Shown here in pieces: positions 32,881-45,600 of a stretch of DNA of 64,000 bases (position 1 is its first letter; each line of letters begins with the position of its first letter). The translations under genes were made by a program, and so were the position numbers. This stretch comes from Thecamonas trahens ATCC 50062 (taxonomy: Eukaryota > Protista > Apusomonadida). Location of the stretch: assembly GCF_000142905.1 (NCBI RefSeq), contig NW_013657645.1, positions 297,231-361,230 of the forward strand, in the 5' to 3' direction. The notes beneath the pieces were generated by a model. The model worked only from the letters and a program-made list of their open reading frames with translations. It did not search any database and was not told where the DNA came from.

Positions 32881-33450
32881 CTACGTGGTTGTCCAGCTAT
32901 GTTGACAGACATCGGTTGCAGTGATGGCTGAGATGCCTTCGGCTGTCAGCATCCAGTCGACGGCAGCTTGGATGGTTGCGGCTTGGTGATCGTGGGCGAG
33001 GAGCACAAGGGCGATGTCGTGCAGGTGCACAACCTCGCCGTCTCGGTCCGCCTCTAGCTGCATCCATACCCGTGAGGTGTACGGCACAGCGATGATAGAC
33101 CATGCTCCAGCAGCAGACTCAGTCGCCGGCAGCAGTTGGCTGAGCTCGTCGTCATCCCCAGCGAGGGCCAGAGCCATGATACCCTGCGGGAGTTGCAAGC
33201 CGACGACGATGGGCACCCGTGCTCGTGATCCGTCGTTGCCCTCCCTTGCATGCATGCTTGCGTTGGTCACCCACTTTCCCGCAGGTACATACGGCACATA
33301 AACCCCAAGGGTCTCCTTAAGACCCTTTGCTACGGTGGCCGCCACGACGAGCTCGGTGTCGTCACCGGCTACCACCACATGGGACGACGGAGCTAGCGTC
33401 GCACCGCAGAGTTGTGGAGATCCTCTCATAGGCTTTGCTTCGTCAGACAT
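32881..33450 (-). CDS. Hypothetical protein (~189 aa)
   Basis: ATG-initiated, globular-looking ORF divergent from the AKR gene; no family recognised. Confidence 0.5.
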   Translation of the reverse strand: MSDEAKPMRGSPQLCGATLAPSSHVVVAGDDTELVVAATVAKGLKETLGVYVPYVPAGKWVTNASMHAREGNDGSRARVPIVVGLQLPQGIMALALAGDDDELSQLLPATESAAGAWSIIAVPYTSRVWMQLEADRDGEVVHLHDIALVLLAHDHQAATIQAAVDWMLTAEGISAITATDVCQHSWTTT

Positions 33451-33732
33451 GAACGCAGATGGAGCAAGATGGAGAGGGGAGGGTGCAGATGTTTGGCGCG
33501 GATGATGAGAGGGTGGGAGGGGGGGGGGGGAAGGGTGTGTATGTGGGGGAGGGGGGTTGGAGGAGGGAGCGCACGCATGTCGCAAACGAAGGAAAAGAAG
33601 GAAATGGGCAAAAAGGGTCGCAGTTGTTCGGTCTCCGCCACCGGTATTCAGCACCGACATCAGTACAGCGACCAAGCAGAAGACGGAGCAGACCGAGGCT
33701 AGACCACACGACGAGGCCAGAAGCGGAACATC

Positions 33733-34572
33733 ATGGAGAGCGGCAAGAGTGGTATGATACAGCTGAACGACGGGCATAGCATTCCTGCGGTGGGACTGGG
33801 CGTGTACCTGGTGGAGGGACAGGACGGAATCGATGCGGTGGCCCATGCACTGCGGGTCGGCTACCGGCACATCGACACGGCGCAGCTGTACGGGAATGAG
33901 GCCGAGGTGGCGGCAGGCATTGCGGCGTCTGGGGTGCCGCGGGAGGAGGTGTTTATCACCTCTAAGATCTGGAACGACAACCATGGATACGACAAGGCGA
34001 CGGCGTCGGTCCGCGAGAGCCTCCGCAAGCTCAACACCGAGTACATCGACCTGATGCTCATCCACTCGCCGCTCTCCGAGCCCGAGTCCCGGAAGGAGAC
34101 CTGGCGGGCGCTGATCGACCTGCAGAAGGAGGGCGTGGTTCGGTCGATTGGCGTCTCCAACTACGGCGTCCATCATCTCGACGAGCTGCTCGCGGCCTTT
34201 GACGTTGTGCCGGCAGTCAACCAGCTCGAGCTCCATCCGTACTTGCAGCGGACCGAGCTTGTTGAGTACTGCAAGAGCAAGGGCATTGTGCTGCAAGCGT
34301 ACTCGCCGCTCTGCAAGGGCTTCAAGTTTGCCGATCCGGACGCGGTTGCGCTCGCCGAGCCATACGCCGAGTCGGGCAAGACGCTCGCACACTTGCTCCT
34401 CAAGTGGGGCCTGGACCAGGGCTACGTCGTCCTTCCGAAGTCGGTTACGCCGTCGCGGATCGAGGCCAACATCGATCTCTTTGATTTTGAGCTGCTTCAG
34501 GCGACCAAGGACGCGTTCGCAGCGGCCGACGAGGGCTTTGTGACGGGGTGGGACCCGACTGAGGAGCCATAA
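33733..34572 (+). CDS. Aldo-keto reductase (2,5-DKG reductase-like)
   Basis: GYRHIDTAQLYGNE, FITSK, DLMLIHSP, SIGVSNY, NQLELHP, LPKS; D-Y-K-H tetrad intact. Confidence 0.95.
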   Translation: MESGKSGMIQLNDGHSIPAVGLGVYLVEGQDGIDAVAHALRVGYRHIDTAQLYGNEAEVAAGIAASGVPREEVFITSKIWNDNHGYDKATASVRESLRKLNTEYIDLMLIHSPLSEPESRKETWRALIDLQKEGVVRSIGVSNYGVHHLDELLAAFDVVPAVNQLELHPYLQRTELVEYCKSKGIVLQAYSPLCKGFKFADPDAVALAEPYAESGKTLAHLLLKWGLDQGYVVLPKSVTPSRIEANIDLFDFELLQATKDAFAAADEGFVTGWDPTEEP

Positions 34573-34601
34573 GGTACTCTGGCCTAGCATGTATTAAAAC
34601 A

Positions 34602-35756
34602 CTACATGGCGTTGTACCTCGGCGACGACGTGCTCTCGTCGGTGTCGACTGGATCGGCGCTGACAAACGTCGAGCTGACAACAATCGACGACTCGCTCCA
34701 GGTGATACGTGTGCGGGTCGGGTCGTTGGCGTCCGCCTCGACAGTGGGCACAACCACCTCCCACATCTTGCTTGGCAGGATGATTGACTGGGCGTAAGCT
34801 GCAGGGGCTCGGCCGTAGGGATCGGACAAGCGGAGAATAACCCGGTCGACGCGCCAGCGCGGATGCATGTGCATGCCGGGCATCGGTTCGATGGCCTTGA
34901 TGTAGACAAGGCGGAGGGCGGTGGGAGACGGTAGGAAGGCAAAGGTGCCCGGATGGAGCATGCCGGTCGAGACCAGCTCCCATCCGCCGGTCAGCCTCTT
35001 GCGGAGCATGTGCTTGAGAGGGGAGGTGAGGGTGATGCTGCGGGTGATGTCGCACGCGCCGACGGCGTCAAAATGAGTCAGCCTGGGCGCGTAGTGGCGC
35101 AGGAGGTACAGGATCAGGGGCATCTGCTCCTGGCGGTTGCGGAGCGCCGAGACGTCGACGTCGGTCACATTCGGGCAGGCGAGGAGGGAACAGAGGAGGC
35201 CAAGAGCAGTAATCCAGGTCTGCGCAAAGTAGAGCTTAGTGACGCCAGTGCGGGCACTGGCCGGCAGCTGCGTCAGCAGATCGAGTAGCTCCCAGTCGCC
35301 CTGGTTGGGATGAGTGAGGGTGAGCGTCCGCCACAGCGAGGCGTCGCCACAAACCCGCTGCATTTGGCCGCATGTCTGCATCAGTGCAAGCCGCGACGGC
35401 TGGTCCAAGTACGAGCAGATGGCAAGCAAAAGCTCGTCCGGCAGGCTCACCAGCCACATCTCGGCCGGGTCAGCAGGCGGGAGGTCATCGAGCGGCTTGC
35501 CGAGCGCCAGAACTTTGGCCATCCGCATCGCGTCGTGGCCGGCCATGAGCGCCACGCACCCGCGCGACTTGCCGACCACCATGGCACAAGCGGGCGAAAT
35601 CCACTTCTGATCCATGGTGGAGTTGGGATCGTTTGAGCGGACCACAATGACCGCAGCCGGGCCCAGCGCATCAGACTCGCCACCACCGTCGCCCGGCTCG
35701 TTGGCCAGACTCGGGTGCCAGCCCGATGGCGCGGCGAGCGAGTCCAGTAGAGCCAT
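34602..35756 (-). CDS. F-box protein (LRR-like); the frame stays open upstream to ~35945, so a 5' extension or extra exon is likely
   Basis: LVSLPDELLLAICSYLD..LALMQTC..DASLWR, followed by LRR-like CPNVTDVDVS. Confidence 0.75.
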   Translation of the reverse strand: MALLDSLAAPSGWHPSLANEPGDGGGESDALGPAAVIVVRSNDPNSTMDQKWISPACAMVVGKSRGCVALMAGHDAMRMAKVLALGKPLDDLPPADPAEMWLVSLPDELLLAICSYLDQPSRLALMQTCGQMQRVCGDASLWRTLTLTHPNQGDWELLDLLTQLPASARTGVTKLYFAQTWITALGLLCSLLACPNVTDVDVSALRNRQEQMPLILYLLRHYAPRLTHFDAVGACDITRSITLTSPLKHMLRKRLTGGWELVSTGMLHPGTFAFLPSPTALRLVYIKAIEPMPGMHMHPRWRVDRVILRLSDPYGRAPAAYAQSIILPSKMWEVVVPTVEADANDPTRTRITWSESSIVVSSTFVSADPVDTDESTSSPRYNAM

Positions 35757-36402
35757 CAGTTCTTCATCGTTGTGAAAGCGCTTGAGGAGGACAAGACGAT
35801 CAGCGATATGATGATGATCAATGACCTCATCATGCTCGCCATCAACAGAGTCCGAGACCGTCTCCCGATCCGAGTCATCGATGACAGCATGAGCGACATG
35901 GCCTTGGCCTTGAGCACCCGTAGAAGTGCTGCTGTCTCCTCGGGCAGCTCAGCAGGTCCATAAAGAATGGCTGTCGAGTCAAGTTGCCATCGGTAGAGGT
36001 TTGGTGGTGAAGTTGCGTATGCAGCCATGGCCGGCGAAGTTGGCGTGGAGTGGGGTGTGGCGGGTGTGCGTGTGCGTGTGCGTGTGCGTGTGTGGGGGGG
36101 TGACCGACATTCGGTCACAGGCACAATGACCGATGACCGATGGCCGATGACCTCCGAGGGTGGTCGGTTTAATCATGAGAGGAGGTGTACCACGAAGGGG
36201 GAGGTGATGGTGATCGAGATGGAGATGGGGGACAGCAGGCCGGGGTTGGGCTCGCCGATGGGGTTGATCAGGCCGGAAGTGAGCGGATGGGATGTGGCTT
36301 TCGTAGCAAGTGATGGTGGCGGGGTGGCCAGTAGAGACGATATACATCGTATGTGAGATTGTGGCTCGGGCCATGGGGGCAAGCCATCATTTGTCAAGTA
36401 GC

Positions 36403-36675
36403 TCATGATTGCGATGAGGAGGATGCAGATGGATGAGTGCGAGCAGCGGGAGGATCTGAAGCAGGCGATGCAGCAGCCGAGGCGCCAGTGGAAGCGGGAT
36501 CCGAAGCGGGAGCCGTAGCAGCAGCGGCGGCGGCGGCAGCAGCAGCAGCCTCTGCCTGCTCCTTCATCTGCTGCTCGTAGTAGGGAGCGTGGTACTGCTT
36601 GAGCGGCTCGCCCCAGATGTAGACGCCCGAGACGCAGCCGAGGGCAGCGGCGAGAAGAAGACGAGAAGAGGACAT
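36403..36675 (-). CDS. PIGBOS1-like single-TM microprotein (90 aa)
   Basis: LLLAAALGCVSGVYIWGEPLKQY resembles the PIGBOS1 pattern LLFATVLGIAGGVYIF.P.FEQY (recalled, not searched). Confidence 0.65.
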   Translation of the reverse strand: MSSSRLLLAAALGCVSGVYIWGEPLKQYHAPYYEQQMKEQAEAAAAAAAAAAATAPASDPASTGASAAASPASDPPAARTHPSASSSSQS

Positions 36676-36923
36676 AGAGGTGTGCGAGTACAGCGAGAGG
36701 AGATAAAGGGTGTGGGTGATATGTGGGTGTAATCCAGAGTGGTGCGGTAAGCGAGGTGTGCGCGTCTGTTGAGGTCCCGTCCATGGCTTGGTTGGGCGTC
36801 AACGCGTCGTCGGCCAGAGAGGGAAGAGGGGGAAGAGGAAGAGGGAGAGGAAGAGGGAGAGGAAGAGGGAGGAGAGGGAGGCCAAGCCAAAACTGGTGTT
36901 TTACAAACGTGCATGGGCTCGCT

Positions 36924-38515
<1,592 letters not shown>

Positions 38516-38840
38516 TCATTCCTTCCGCCACCGCCGCTCGCCCTCCGCCCCCTTTTTGCCACACTTTCCCCCTTTCGCGAACAAAATCAAGTCGCTTGCG
38601 AAGGAATTGATTGCCTTTTTCCGGAATAGGCAAAGCGGGGGTGCACCGACCAAATTTGGGCGGGGGAGAAAAAAAGATGAAATTTTCCGTGCCGAGGCAA
38701 CGAAAGAGTCACCAAACGAATGAGCGGGGGGGGGGGGGGGGAGCGGGGGGGGGTCACACGCACACGCATACACACACACACACACACACACATATCCATA
38801 TATCGACACACCCACTCACACCCGTCTTCCTGGGGGACAC

Positions 38841-41192
38841 ATGTCCAGGCAGTCGCAACAAGGCTCACTTACTTCTGGCGAAGCACTCCTTGCCTTGCTC
38901 AAGCATAATGCTTCGGAAGCACCGTTCAAACGAAGCACTCTGTCACTTGCTCGGACACCGTCTGCGCATGATGTACTTCAAAGGCGACGAGCACGTCGAT
39001 CAATGAGAAGGAGAGTAGCTACGGGGACTGGCTCACTTGCTCCTAGTTCGAGTGGTGGAAGTGTACCGAGTGATGCTGTCACTGCATCGCATACTGCTCA
39101 TGATCATTCTCTGGCTGATGGTGGTGACCATGACCGACAAGATGGTGCTGGTCATCACGCCGTTGTGCCTGGCGAGACGGTGACGGGGCGGGCCATCTTT
39201 CCCTCCCACGAGACCATGCGGTCGATGTCACTCAACACGCTGTCGGTGCCGGCGGTAGAAGAGGGGTTCGGAAGCGCGAGCTCGATGGGCTCGACCCCGC
39301 CGATGTTCTCGGCACGGTCAACGTCGCGGTCGCCGGTCTCGGTCTCGGTAGCAACGGCAAGAGGGAGCACAACAACAGAGTCGGCGTCGCGGTCGCCACA
39401 GCCGCGACGTGCCAAGCACCGGCGGACCAAGCAGGCGGGCAAGGTCGAGGGCGAGACGTCGCGGTCGCGGTCGCGGTCGCGGTCGCGGTCACCACTCCCT
39501 GTCTTCTCGTCGTCGCTGAGACTGACGGGGCTCAACCGGTCGCACTCGCCGCTGTCGCCGCTGATGGCTGGGGCGGGGCCGAGCCGCGGGCGGTCGCTGT
39601 CTGAGCGGGTCGGGTCGTCGCAGCCGGCTGGGCGGGCGCGGTCGGGATCGACCCCGACGCCAACAGTAGGCGGCGGGGCCGGGCGGAGCGGGTCAGTGAG
39701 CGGCTCAAGTACTGCCGACTCTGGCCTCTGCTTTTCGCCGTCGGAATCGTCAGCGTTCTCGAGCGCGTTTTCGTCGGCCAAGGACGAGCTGGCGACGATC
39801 GGATCGGACGCGGTCTCGTCGGCCGCAACTGAGGAGTGGGCGGACGCATTGAGTGGGACTGAAGAGCCGGCGAGCTCCGATTGGGGCGGGAGCGCGGCAA
39901 CAGACAGCCGGTCTGCGGCGTCGACGGTGTGCGAGCGTGGCGGTAGCAGAGGCGATCCTGTGACCAACGCATGGTCGCGGCACGAGGCGCGGCGGAGCGC
40001 GGTGCGGGCGGCACGCGAGGCCGACGCGGCGGCGGCGGCATTGGAGCGCGCCCGCAAGCCGCAGGCCAAGCCCAAGGCCTCATCGCTCAAGCTCAACGCG
40101 CTGCGGAAGAAGCTGCGGCTGCAGTCGCTCAAGGGCCCGGGCAAGCGTGCCGGAGGGAACAGGCGGCAGAACCTCTCGGTTGACATGCGGATGGGCGACG
40201 ACGAACTAGAGCTGTTCGACACGCTGGCGCCGCTCGCGCCGCTCTCGACCTCGGGCCCGTCGTTTACCGCATCGAGCGGAGCCGGCGGCGAGGTGGTGCG
40301 GCGGCTGACGCCGACCGGCGGCAGCGTTGGCGGGGGCAGTGGGCAGGGCGCATCGCAGGCTAGCGTAGCGGGTCGAGCGGCCACGGCCACGACCGGCGGT
40401 ACCATGTCGTCAACCAAGTCCAAGGCGCCGACGCCGCTGACCTCGCTGTTTGAGGTGGCGCAGGCGGCGCAGGCAGTGTCAGGAGGATCGGGCGGGTCGG
40501 CCGAGCTCTCGCCGGGGAGGGCGGGGTTGACGAGCTCGACGAGCTCAGAGCGACTGCGGATGCGGGCGCCGGCGCCGCTGGTGGTGCCCGGCGGGAGCGA
40601 GAGCGCAGACGGAAGCGTGGTGGCGCTCTCGAGCGGGATGGGCTCCGGCGGGCTGCAGCGGCTGGAAGAGAAGCTTGCGGCGCAGGATGAGGTGCTGCGT
40701 CAGCTGGCAGCGGCGGTGACGCAGCTGACGGAAGAGACGAGCGCGTCGCGGTCGAGCTTGCGCAAGCGATTCGCGGCGGTATCGTCGCGGATTGAGCGAT
40801 CGGAAAAGCTGACGCAGAAGCTCTCGCGCGACCTGCAGATGCAGATTGACCATTCCGAGTCTGTTGTCTACTCATACTCGAACAAGCTGCGGCGTGTGGA
40901 GCAGGCGCTGATGGGGCGGGCGTCAAAGAACTCGACGATTGCCGACGCGCTCATCTCGTGGCTCATCTCTGTTGTTTTTATCCTCCTCTGGGTCGTCCGG
41001 CTCGTGTACCGGGTGCTGACCTGTTCATGGTGCCGCGGCAAGGGCGGTCCGCGCTGGGACTTGTACGATTCTCACGAGGCCGTGGGCGGCGACGACGACG
41101 GGGTGGGAGGAGGCGGCGAGAGTGACGATGGCGGCGGCGGTGTCGGCGGCGGTGGGTACTCTGCCGAGTTGGAGGAGGTAGAGCTCATGTAG
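38841..41192 (+). CDS. Ser/Arg-rich disordered protein with coiled coil and C-terminal TM
   Basis: Long ORF with RS repeats, coiled coil LQRLEEKL..LRRVEQAL and hydrophobic LISWLISVVFILLWVV. Confidence 0.7.
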   Translation: MSRQSQQGSLTSGEALLALLKHNASEAPFKRSTLSLARTPSAHDVLQRRRARRSMRRRVATGTGSLAPSSSGGSVPSDAVTASHTAHDHSLADGGDHDRQDGAGHHAVVPGETVTGRAIFPSHETMRSMSLNTLSVPAVEEGFGSASSMGSTPPMFSARSTSRSPVSVSVATARGSTTTESASRSPQPRRAKHRRTKQAGKVEGETSRSRSRSRSRSPLPVFSSSLRLTGLNRSHSPLSPLMAGAGPSRGRSLSERVGSSQPAGRARSGSTPTPTVGGGAGRSGSVSGSSTADSGLCFSPSESSAFSSAFSSAKDELATIGSDAVSSAATEEWADALSGTEEPASSDWGGSAATDSRSAASTVCERGGSRGDPVTNAWSRHEARRSAVRAAREADAAAAALERARKPQAKPKASSLKLNALRKKLRLQSLKGPGKRAGGNRRQNLSVDMRMGDDELELFDTLAPLAPLSTSGPSFTASSGAGGEVVRRLTPTGGSVGGGSGQGASQASVAGRAATATTGGTMSSTKSKAPTPLTSLFEVAQAAQAVSGGSGGSAELSPGRAGLTSSTSSERLRMRAPAPLVVPGGSESADGSVVALSSGMGSGGLQRLEEKLAAQDEVLRQLAAAVTQLTEETSASRSSLRKRFAAVSSRIERSEKLTQKLSRDLQMQIDHSESVVYSYSNKLRRVEQALMGRASKNSTIADALISWLISVVFILLWVVRLVYRVLTCSWCRGKGGPRWDLYDSHEAVGGDDDGVGGGGESDDGGGGVGGGGYSAELEEVELM

Positions 41193-41242
41193 ATTGCAGT
41201 GAAGAAAGTGCAGAATGTGTGGACAATCACGAACAAGAGCAT

Positions 41243-42013
41243 TTAGTTGGTCTTGGATGCCGGCTTGCGCGGAGGGCGCGGGCAGAGGAGCTTGGAAAGG
41301 ATGAGATAGCCCCAGTAGAGGTTGAGAGCGCGGGAGAGGACAAGAAGCACGATCTCTGTCCAGAGGGCGTAGTAGCGGTACGGCGGCTGGAGGGCGCGCT
41401 CCGTGGCGGGATCAAGGAGGAAGGGAATAACAGTAGAGGTGATGCACGTTCCGCCGATGATGCGCGAGAGGAAAAAGGTGAGGGCAAAGAGGTTGGAGAA
41501 GACAGTGTGAAGAGCCGGCGATGCGCGCCAAAAGTAGCGGGCGTTGAGAAAGACGGTGGAGAGCTCTTCGATGAGGAAGAGAAAGTGATATGGAGTGGTG
41601 ACGCCGGCGATGAGACCGATGGCAAAGCCGCCACCGATGACCAGATGGTGAATGACCGACTCGAGAGCCCAGACGTCCGAGTTGGTCATCATGACCACCA
41701 TGTCCGAGACAAAGTAACCGACGGAAAAAGCGACAGCAAAGGGAGCGACCCAGTCGCCGTCTTCAACCACACCTTGAATGAGCCGATCCATAGAAAACAT
41801 GTCCAAAGAGCAACTTGAAATCCACCAGATCAAGCCCGCCAGGCCGACCAGAGCATGGACGTTGGAAGCCACCCGCGAACGAAAGGGAGCAGACTTTGAG
41901 TCTGTCGTCGGCCACAAGGAGAAGACGCCAAAGTGGAGCACAGCCGAAGTACCCACCATCGCACAGAGCTGGTTCAGTACTTCAGCCTGTCTCGTATACT
42001 CGAAGAGGTACAT
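41243..42013 (-). CDS. TLC (TRAM/LAG1/CLN8) domain membrane protein
   Basis: SNVHA, FSVGYFVSD, VIHH, EELSTVFLNARY, FALTFFLSRI, LNLYW. Confidence 0.9.
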   Translation of the reverse strand: MYLFEYTRQAEVLNQLCAMVGTSAVLHFGVFSLWPTTDSKSAPFRSRVASNVHALVGLAGLIWWISSCSLDMFSMDRLIQGVVEDGDWVAPFAVAFSVGYFVSDMVVMMTNSDVWALESVIHHLVIGGGFAIGLIAGVTTPYHFLFLIEELSTVFLNARYFWRASPALHTVFSNLFALTFFLSRIIGGTCITSTVIPFLLDPATERALQPPYRYYALWTEIVLLVLSRALNLYWGYLILSKLLCPRPPRKPASKTN

Positions 42014-42606
42014 GTTTGAGCCGAAAGTCAAGTCTGTCGTACAATGCCTATGGAGAGTGGTCGTAGCGCAGAGCGGAGTGGGGGCGCGGTGGACAGCGGG
42101 AATTTGCGGCGGAGAGGGAAGTGCGCCTGATACAGGGGCGATGGGGGAGGGGGGGGGGGGGGGGGGTTTGGATAGAGAGTAAGGGGGACAGAGTGGGTGG
42201 ATGTGGTACAGTTGGCACTCGATCGATCGAGCGAGCGATGGAGCAGGCAAGAGGGCGCTCGATCAAGCGGGCGAGTGAGCGAGTGGGCGAGTGGGCGAGT
42301 GGGCGGGAGAGCGGGCGAGTGAGCGAGTGGGCGAGTGGGCGAGCGGGCGGGGGCGAGCGGGCGGTTAGTGGGCGGGCAGCGAGCCAACGGCAGCCAACCA
42401 CCACCACCACCACCACCACCACCACCACCACCACCACCACCACCACCACCACCACCACACTCATTACAGGTTACTTGTAGTTGACCTGCCCCTCCTTAGG
42501 CCCCAGCACCTCGACCAGCCAAGCCAAGCCAAGCCCAGGACAGGACAGGACAGGACAGGACAGGACAGCCCAGCAAGACCAGCAAGCAGAAGGAGCACCC
42601 ACCACC

Positions 42607-45600
42607 ATGCGCCACAAGAAGCGCAAGAAGCGCAAGTCACCCGACCCACATGTGGTGGACCAGGAAGTGGCTGCTGATGACGACACATACAGGGTCGACC
42701 TTAGTACGTGTGACTTGTGACTGTAGGGGGAGGGCGGGGGGGGGAGGGGGGAGGGGGAGGAGGAGGAAAGGGCGCCAACCGAGGGGAGGGGGTTCGGCGG
42801 GTTAAGGCCATTGATCCGGCTACTGCTGCGGATGCTTGAAGCTATCGGTTCGGCGGGTTAAGGCCATTGATCCGGCTACTGCTGCGGATGCTTGAAGCTA
42901 TCGGTTCGGCGGGTTAAGGCCATTGATCCGGCTACTGCTGCGGATGCTTGAAGCTATCGGTTCGGCGGGTTAAGGCCATTGATCCGGCTACTGCTGCTGA
43001 CTGCGCCTGCTGCTGCTGCTGCTGCGCCTGCCTTCTCCTACTGCGCCTACTGTACCTGCTTCTCTTGCTACGCCTGCTACACCTGCTTCCCCTGCATCAT
43101 TCCGATCCTCACTCACTCACTACTGGGACTCTGTTTTCTGTTCCGTAGCCATCACGGTGACCCAGGCACACAACCTCAAGAAGCTGCCGTCGCCGCTGTC
43201 GGCAGCAGCGGCTGCCAAGGGCTCGTCGGCCAAGGTCGGCTCGTTTGTCAAGTACACTCGGTTTCCGGGCTTACCCGAGGCCGGAACCGAGATGGTCTCG
43301 CAGGCCGTGTACGATGGCGTGTATCACCTGACGACGACGTTCACACACGTGGCGGTCACCGAGGAGCTGCTCAACGCGCTTGTGGCCGAGCCGCTCGAGT
43401 TTGAGGTTGTCGAGACGCTCAAGAAGCACAAGTCGCCGGTCGGCGCCGCCCGCCTCGACCTCGAGCCGCTTCTCCGCGGCGAGACAAGCCTCGCGACAGT
43501 GCTGCCGCTGGCGCTGGCCTCGGCACCATCCGGCGATCTCACGCCACACAAGGGCTCGCGCGCCGCGCTCCTCGCCGACTCGCCGACCTTTACCATCGGC
43601 GGGTACGATGATGATGAGAACGCGTACGACGACGGCGGCTCACCCGGAATGCGCGGCGGCGACGCCGACGATCCCGAGGTCGACAACATTCTTGGCGGCC
43701 GCCCAGGCCTCTCGGTCTCGGTCGCAGTCTCAGCGCCGCTCGTCGCGCCGGGCGAGTGGGAGGCCGCGCGCGTGGCCCAGGTCGCGGCTCCCGGCGTCTA
43801 CGCCCTTCCGCCCGGCTGCATGCTCCCTTCGCCGGACGTCTACCGCTACGCCCTGGCGGTGACGCTGCCGTCGGGAGAGCGCATCCCGCAGCTCGTCATG
43901 CTTCCCGACTGCGAGGTTGTGGTCCCCGCCAGCGACAACGGCTCAGTCGACGGCTCGGACGCGCCGTCGTTCGAGTCGCTCGACTCGACCGGGCGCGTCC
44001 TGTCCAAAGCCTCGCTCCCGGGCGTCCTGCTCCCAGAGGAGCAGGCGGCGGTCGATGAGGCGGCACGCTACAAGCACGCCGAGCACGCCGAGCCGTACAT
44101 CGACTTTTCAGTCCTCTCGCAGCGGATCTTCCTCGTTCCAGCCGCCGCCTCCAAGCTCCTCGCCCTCGCCAAGCACAACATCCCACTCAAGCTCGAGCTC
44201 CGCCGGACGCTGGCGCCGGTCCACGCGTCGGCTGGCGTCGTCGACCCGAACGAGGCTCGCTACGCCGCCGAGGCCTTTCTCTCGCTCGCGCCTCTGCTCG
44301 AGCCTGGCACAACCCGGCTCCTCGCGCGGGTCCCGCTTGAGCGCCCGCAGGAGCCTTCTGAGGAGGAAGCCGCCACCGCCGCCGCCGCCGCTGCTGCCGA
44401 AGCCGCTCCGTCGTCCAAGTCGGCGCGCCACACCCGCGGTGAGCGCGGCTCGCGGGCCAAGGGCTCCAAGAAGCGCGAGCGCGAGGCCAAGAACGCGCTG
44501 GAGCTCGTGGCCGAAGACTCAACCGCACCGTGGCCGTGGACAGCATCGGGTGGCTACGTCAAGATAGAGCTCCAGCTCTCGGCGCCGCTCGTCCCACGCC
44601 CGCCGACGCCCAAACCGGTGTACTCGGTCCGCGACTTTGTGCCGGCACGGCCGGCGCCAGCGCTTCCGGCACGGCCGCTCCTCACCGCACCCGAGGAGTT
44701 CAAAGCCGAGATTGAGGCCGCGACCGACGCACTCGTCGAGACCTATCGAAAGCTCTACGGCGAGCAGCTGCTCAACGGCGAGTTCTCCAACGCACCCGAG
44801 GCCGTCGAGGAGCGCAAGGCGCGGTTCATCTACGAGCTCAACTCGAACGGCGCATACTTTGGGCTCAAGGAGCAGCTCAAGGCTCCAGTTGTTCGCATCG
44901 TCCGCGAAAAGTTCCAGCGGACGTCGCCGTTTGCGTCCAAGGCTGAGACGCAGACCTTCCTCAACGATCTGTACATGTACCTCATCGACCGCATGCATGA
45001 GGCGCTCAATGGAGTCTTTTCGTCAGTCCACGAGATCCCCATCCCGACCACCGTCGAAGACACGTCTACACTCAAGCGCTACGCCGCCGAGGCCGAGATC
45101 AACGGCGCATACGAGCTCGCCGCCCGCCACTACCAGGAGCGCATCGCGCGGGCCTCGCAGAACGTCGAGTTCTGGTACGACTACGGCGTCTTTTGCCTCC
45201 GGGTCAACGACACGTACAAGGCCGACGAGTGCTTCCGTGAAGCCATCTCGCTCGACGACAAGCACATCCCGTCACTTAAGGTCTACGGCATGCTCTGCGC
45301 CACCCTTGACAAGTTTGCTGAAGCCCGGACCATGGTCGAGGCCGCTGCCGCCGAAGCCGGCAACGACCCAGTCGTGCTCGGCATGTTTGCTCTTGTCGTC
45401 GCCCTCGACGATGGCGACAAGGGTGAGGAGATGTGGGCTGCCGCCGAGGCCGCCTACACCGCCGCTGCCACCGCGCCCGAGCCCGCTGCCGCCGCCGCTG
45501 CCGCCACCGCCGACGACGAGTTTGACGAGCGGTCTGAGCCCGAGAGCGAGCTGGGCTCGGCCGGGTCGGCCATCGACGAGACGCCGCAATCCACGCTCGC

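Noticed and set aside
31296-32931. ORFs spanning N-runs (also 51285-52912)
   Set aside because: Artefacts of assembly gaps flanked by G/C-rich low-complexity sequence.
35756-36124. TGATG stop-start overlap suggesting translational coupling to the F-box gene
   Set aside because: The F-box frame itself stays open ~190 nt upstream, so a spliced 5' extension is the simpler explanation.
42270-42570. GCGAGTGG, (CCA)n and (GGACA)n runs as possible telomeric or regulatory repeats
   Set aside because: Ordinary microsatellites in an intergenic region, with no further support.
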